Below are positions 61,563-64,000 of a stretch of 64,000 nt of DNA, in pieces. The notes beneath the pieces are model-generated. The model did no database searches, was not told the origin of the DNA, and was given only the letters and a program-made list of their open reading frames with translations. The translations under genes and the position numbers were made by a program. Numbering within the stretch: position 1 is the stretch's first letter; each line of letters begins with the position of its first letter. Source of the DNA: the human T2T-CHM13v2.0 reference genome, Homo sapiens; the NCBI RefSeq assembly GCF_009914755.1, contig NC_060925.1; one strand, 5' to 3'.

Positions 61563-62816
61563 AACTATCCGTAGTTAACAAGGTTTTCCTTTCTTTCCTA
61601 GTTACTCATATTTTTGAAGTTACATTGGCTTCTAAAAAAAGAAAAGAAAGGACAAAAAACACACACACGCACACGCAAAGGAGTGGGTATTGGCCAAAAT
61701 TTCAAAGACACTATTTCTGAAAAATAAGGGCATACAGAAAGAAAGAGGGGGGATTTTTGAGCCTACGGACTCAAATGCCATCTAGATATGTTAACTGCAA
61801 TCTAATCACCTGCAATGTTTATCATGGGTTATGGTAACAATGAGTTTAAAGCTATTTGGATAACAAGATACTGAGTTTTTGTCAGCTACAGCTCCATGAT
61901 GTCTGTAATTTTCAATATATCTCATTTTGGAAACACATAAGCAATCTTTAAGCCTTTGATTGCTACTAGTACAGTTTACTTAAACAGATACAAAACTTAT
62001 ACAGTGCAAAGCAGATAACTGAGTAACTAGAGAGCAGTCACATGCCTGTGGCTATGTGAATGTACAAATGGCACAAGAGAATCCTTTACACAATTTTTTT
62101 CTTCAAATGAATTTTCTCATTACAGTAGCTTGTATTTAGTTTGGGCTTCAAAACTTAAGTATGCATTTGCTCCCAGGACGAGATGTGGGGACAAAATGGG
62201 TAGAAAAAGTGTGGCCTATTAAGAAAAGAAGGTGATTTAAAACTGTCAGTTGCTTTGTTCCCAACACAACTCTTTCATAAGAAGACAGTAACCCATTAGG
62301 AAGCTATAGCTGAGATTATTAACTAAAATAAAATTTTTAAAGTCAAGGTGAAAAGTCAACAAATTCTTTGCACCTACCCACATTGTTGGTATGTTTTATT
62401 ATTGAAAGTGGCTGGCCCATTATGTGCTAGGCATTGAACATACATTGTCTCTAACCCTCACCAAAATCCTGAAAGGAAGGGGTTATAATCACACTTTCAG
62501 TTGAGGAAATCCAGGTACTATTCTCTGCAACCAGACTAAGGCCATAGCTAACAAGGAAAATTCTATTCTCAAATTGAGGAATCTGCCTCTCCAAATTCCA
62601 AGACATATCCTTGAACTATGCTGCCCTGTTATAGCATGTAAAACACTCATACACCATTGAGAAAGGGTTGACGTGAAATTTCAGGAGAACAAATGATGCT
62701 GTAATATCCTAATATCTATAGTTTCCTCATACAAGCCCTCTTTAAAAACATTTCTTGGAGAAAGGATAAATCATCTTTATTCATTGACTGCATATAATTA
62801 TCCTGTGAGGTAAATA

Positions 62817-62838
62817 GATATAGATAGATCTATCTATC

Positions 62839-62881
<43 letters not shown>

Positions 62882-62902
62882 GTCTATCTATCTATCTATC
62901 TA
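62817..62902. repeat. (TATC)n tetranucleotide STR derived from an Alu tail
   Basis: (TATC)10 TGTC (TATC)4 at 62841-62900. Confidence 0.95.
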
Positions 62903-63192
62903 TATTTTAGAGGCAGGATCTTACTTTGTCACCCAGGCTAGAATGCAGTAGCACAATCATAGCTCACTGAAGCCTTGAACTCCTGGTCTTAAGTGACCCT
63001 CTTGCCTCAGCCTCCTCAGTAGCTAGGACTACTGGCATGCGCCACCACATCTGGCTAATTTTTTAAATATTTTATACAGATGGGATCTAGCTCTGTTGCT
63101 CAAGCTGGTCTCAAACTGCTGGCCCCAAGCAATCCTCCCTTCTTGGCATCCCAAAGTGCTGGGATTACAGGGGTAAGCCACTGTGCCCAGCC
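62903..63192 (-). mobile_element. AluJ inserted in a MIR
   Basis: Reverse dimer. TSD ctgtgaggtaaata at 62803-62816 and 63194-63207. The MIR continues to about 63340. Confidence 0.93.
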
Positions 63193-64000
63193 TCTGTGAG
63201 GTAAATATTATATAAATAAATTCAATATACAAGGAAGCTCAACCTCAGAAAAGTGAATATCTTGTCTAGGATTACACTCTACTAAGAACAAGAGTCAGGA
63301 ATTAAATCCCCCCCATATATATGGTTTAGAGTCTATGCTGCACCCCTGTATTTTAAGCCTTAAAATAGAACTGACATTAAGTCACATTTTAATCATAATA
63401 TACTTCAACAAATGCCTAATGTATGTTATTGACATGAGAAGCATGGAATAGATGTTTTAGGAAAAGGAGGCCAAAAAAAAAAATAATGATTAAAAGATTG
63501 CCTCCTGACCTCAGAAGCCAGCTTAGGATTACTTCAGGAGACAATCAATTGATTAGAATTTAGCAGGAGAATTGAGGAGAGTGAAGACCATTATGGCAGG
63601 GAATGTTTGATTAATGTCCCAAAATAAGAATGAACAGTATAATTGCATTTCAGATGAAAGAAAGACCAGCTGCAAACAGAGTGATCAGGGATTGCTTCCC
63701 AGGGGTGTTCTATGAAGTAGTCATTGAATAATGGGTTTTCACAAGGTATTCCAGGTAGGTGGGATGACATAAGTAACCATGAAGAGAACTGAAAGAGTAA
63801 ACAAACCAAATTTATTTAAGTATGTTGGCAAATAGTGTGAGATGACATTGGGAAAGATCATTTAAGGTCATCAAAGGCCTCAACTTCTAAGCTAAAACTA
63901 TGGGCATAGTTACAGGTCTTGGTGAGCCATGGAAGATAATACTATGTGAGGAGAACAATCTAGTGCATACATGAAGCCGTCACATGTAATTTGACCAGGA

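Overview
This is primate genomic DNA (human or great ape) inside the ESRRG (estrogen-related receptor gamma) locus, with the gene on the minus strand. The call rests on two short coding exons that are too small for the ORF track. One is 17677-17622 (MDSVELCLPESFSLHYEEE, the long-isoform N-terminus, with a CCAAT/GC-rich promoter at about 17.8-18.1 kb). The other is 1799-1729 (MWRECDWGLGAVKSDLACVPSAKR, an alternative N-terminus). Both end in phase 2 and would splice to a common exon left of the window. About 3.9-21.7 kb is motif-rich and nearly free of recognisable transposons, while 21.8-64 kb is dense in Alu/FAM/FLAM, L1, L2, MIR, MER5/MER94 and LTR remnants. No ORF-track entry is a credible host gene, and two are L1 ORF2 remnants. 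I found no novel multi-gene system. The most interesting signals are: (i) several splice and translation switches that all shut off the long N-terminus (a strong overlapping uORF, a tandem donor creating TAG, a cassette exon with TGA-ATG, and poison exons); (ii) a candidate spliced, polyadenylated antisense transcript (159-296 joined to 3781-about 3862); (iii) perfect ERR response elements and other motif clusters; (iv) a probable orphan L1 3' transduction. All calls were made by eye, so repeat subfamilies and old-repeat boundaries are approximate.
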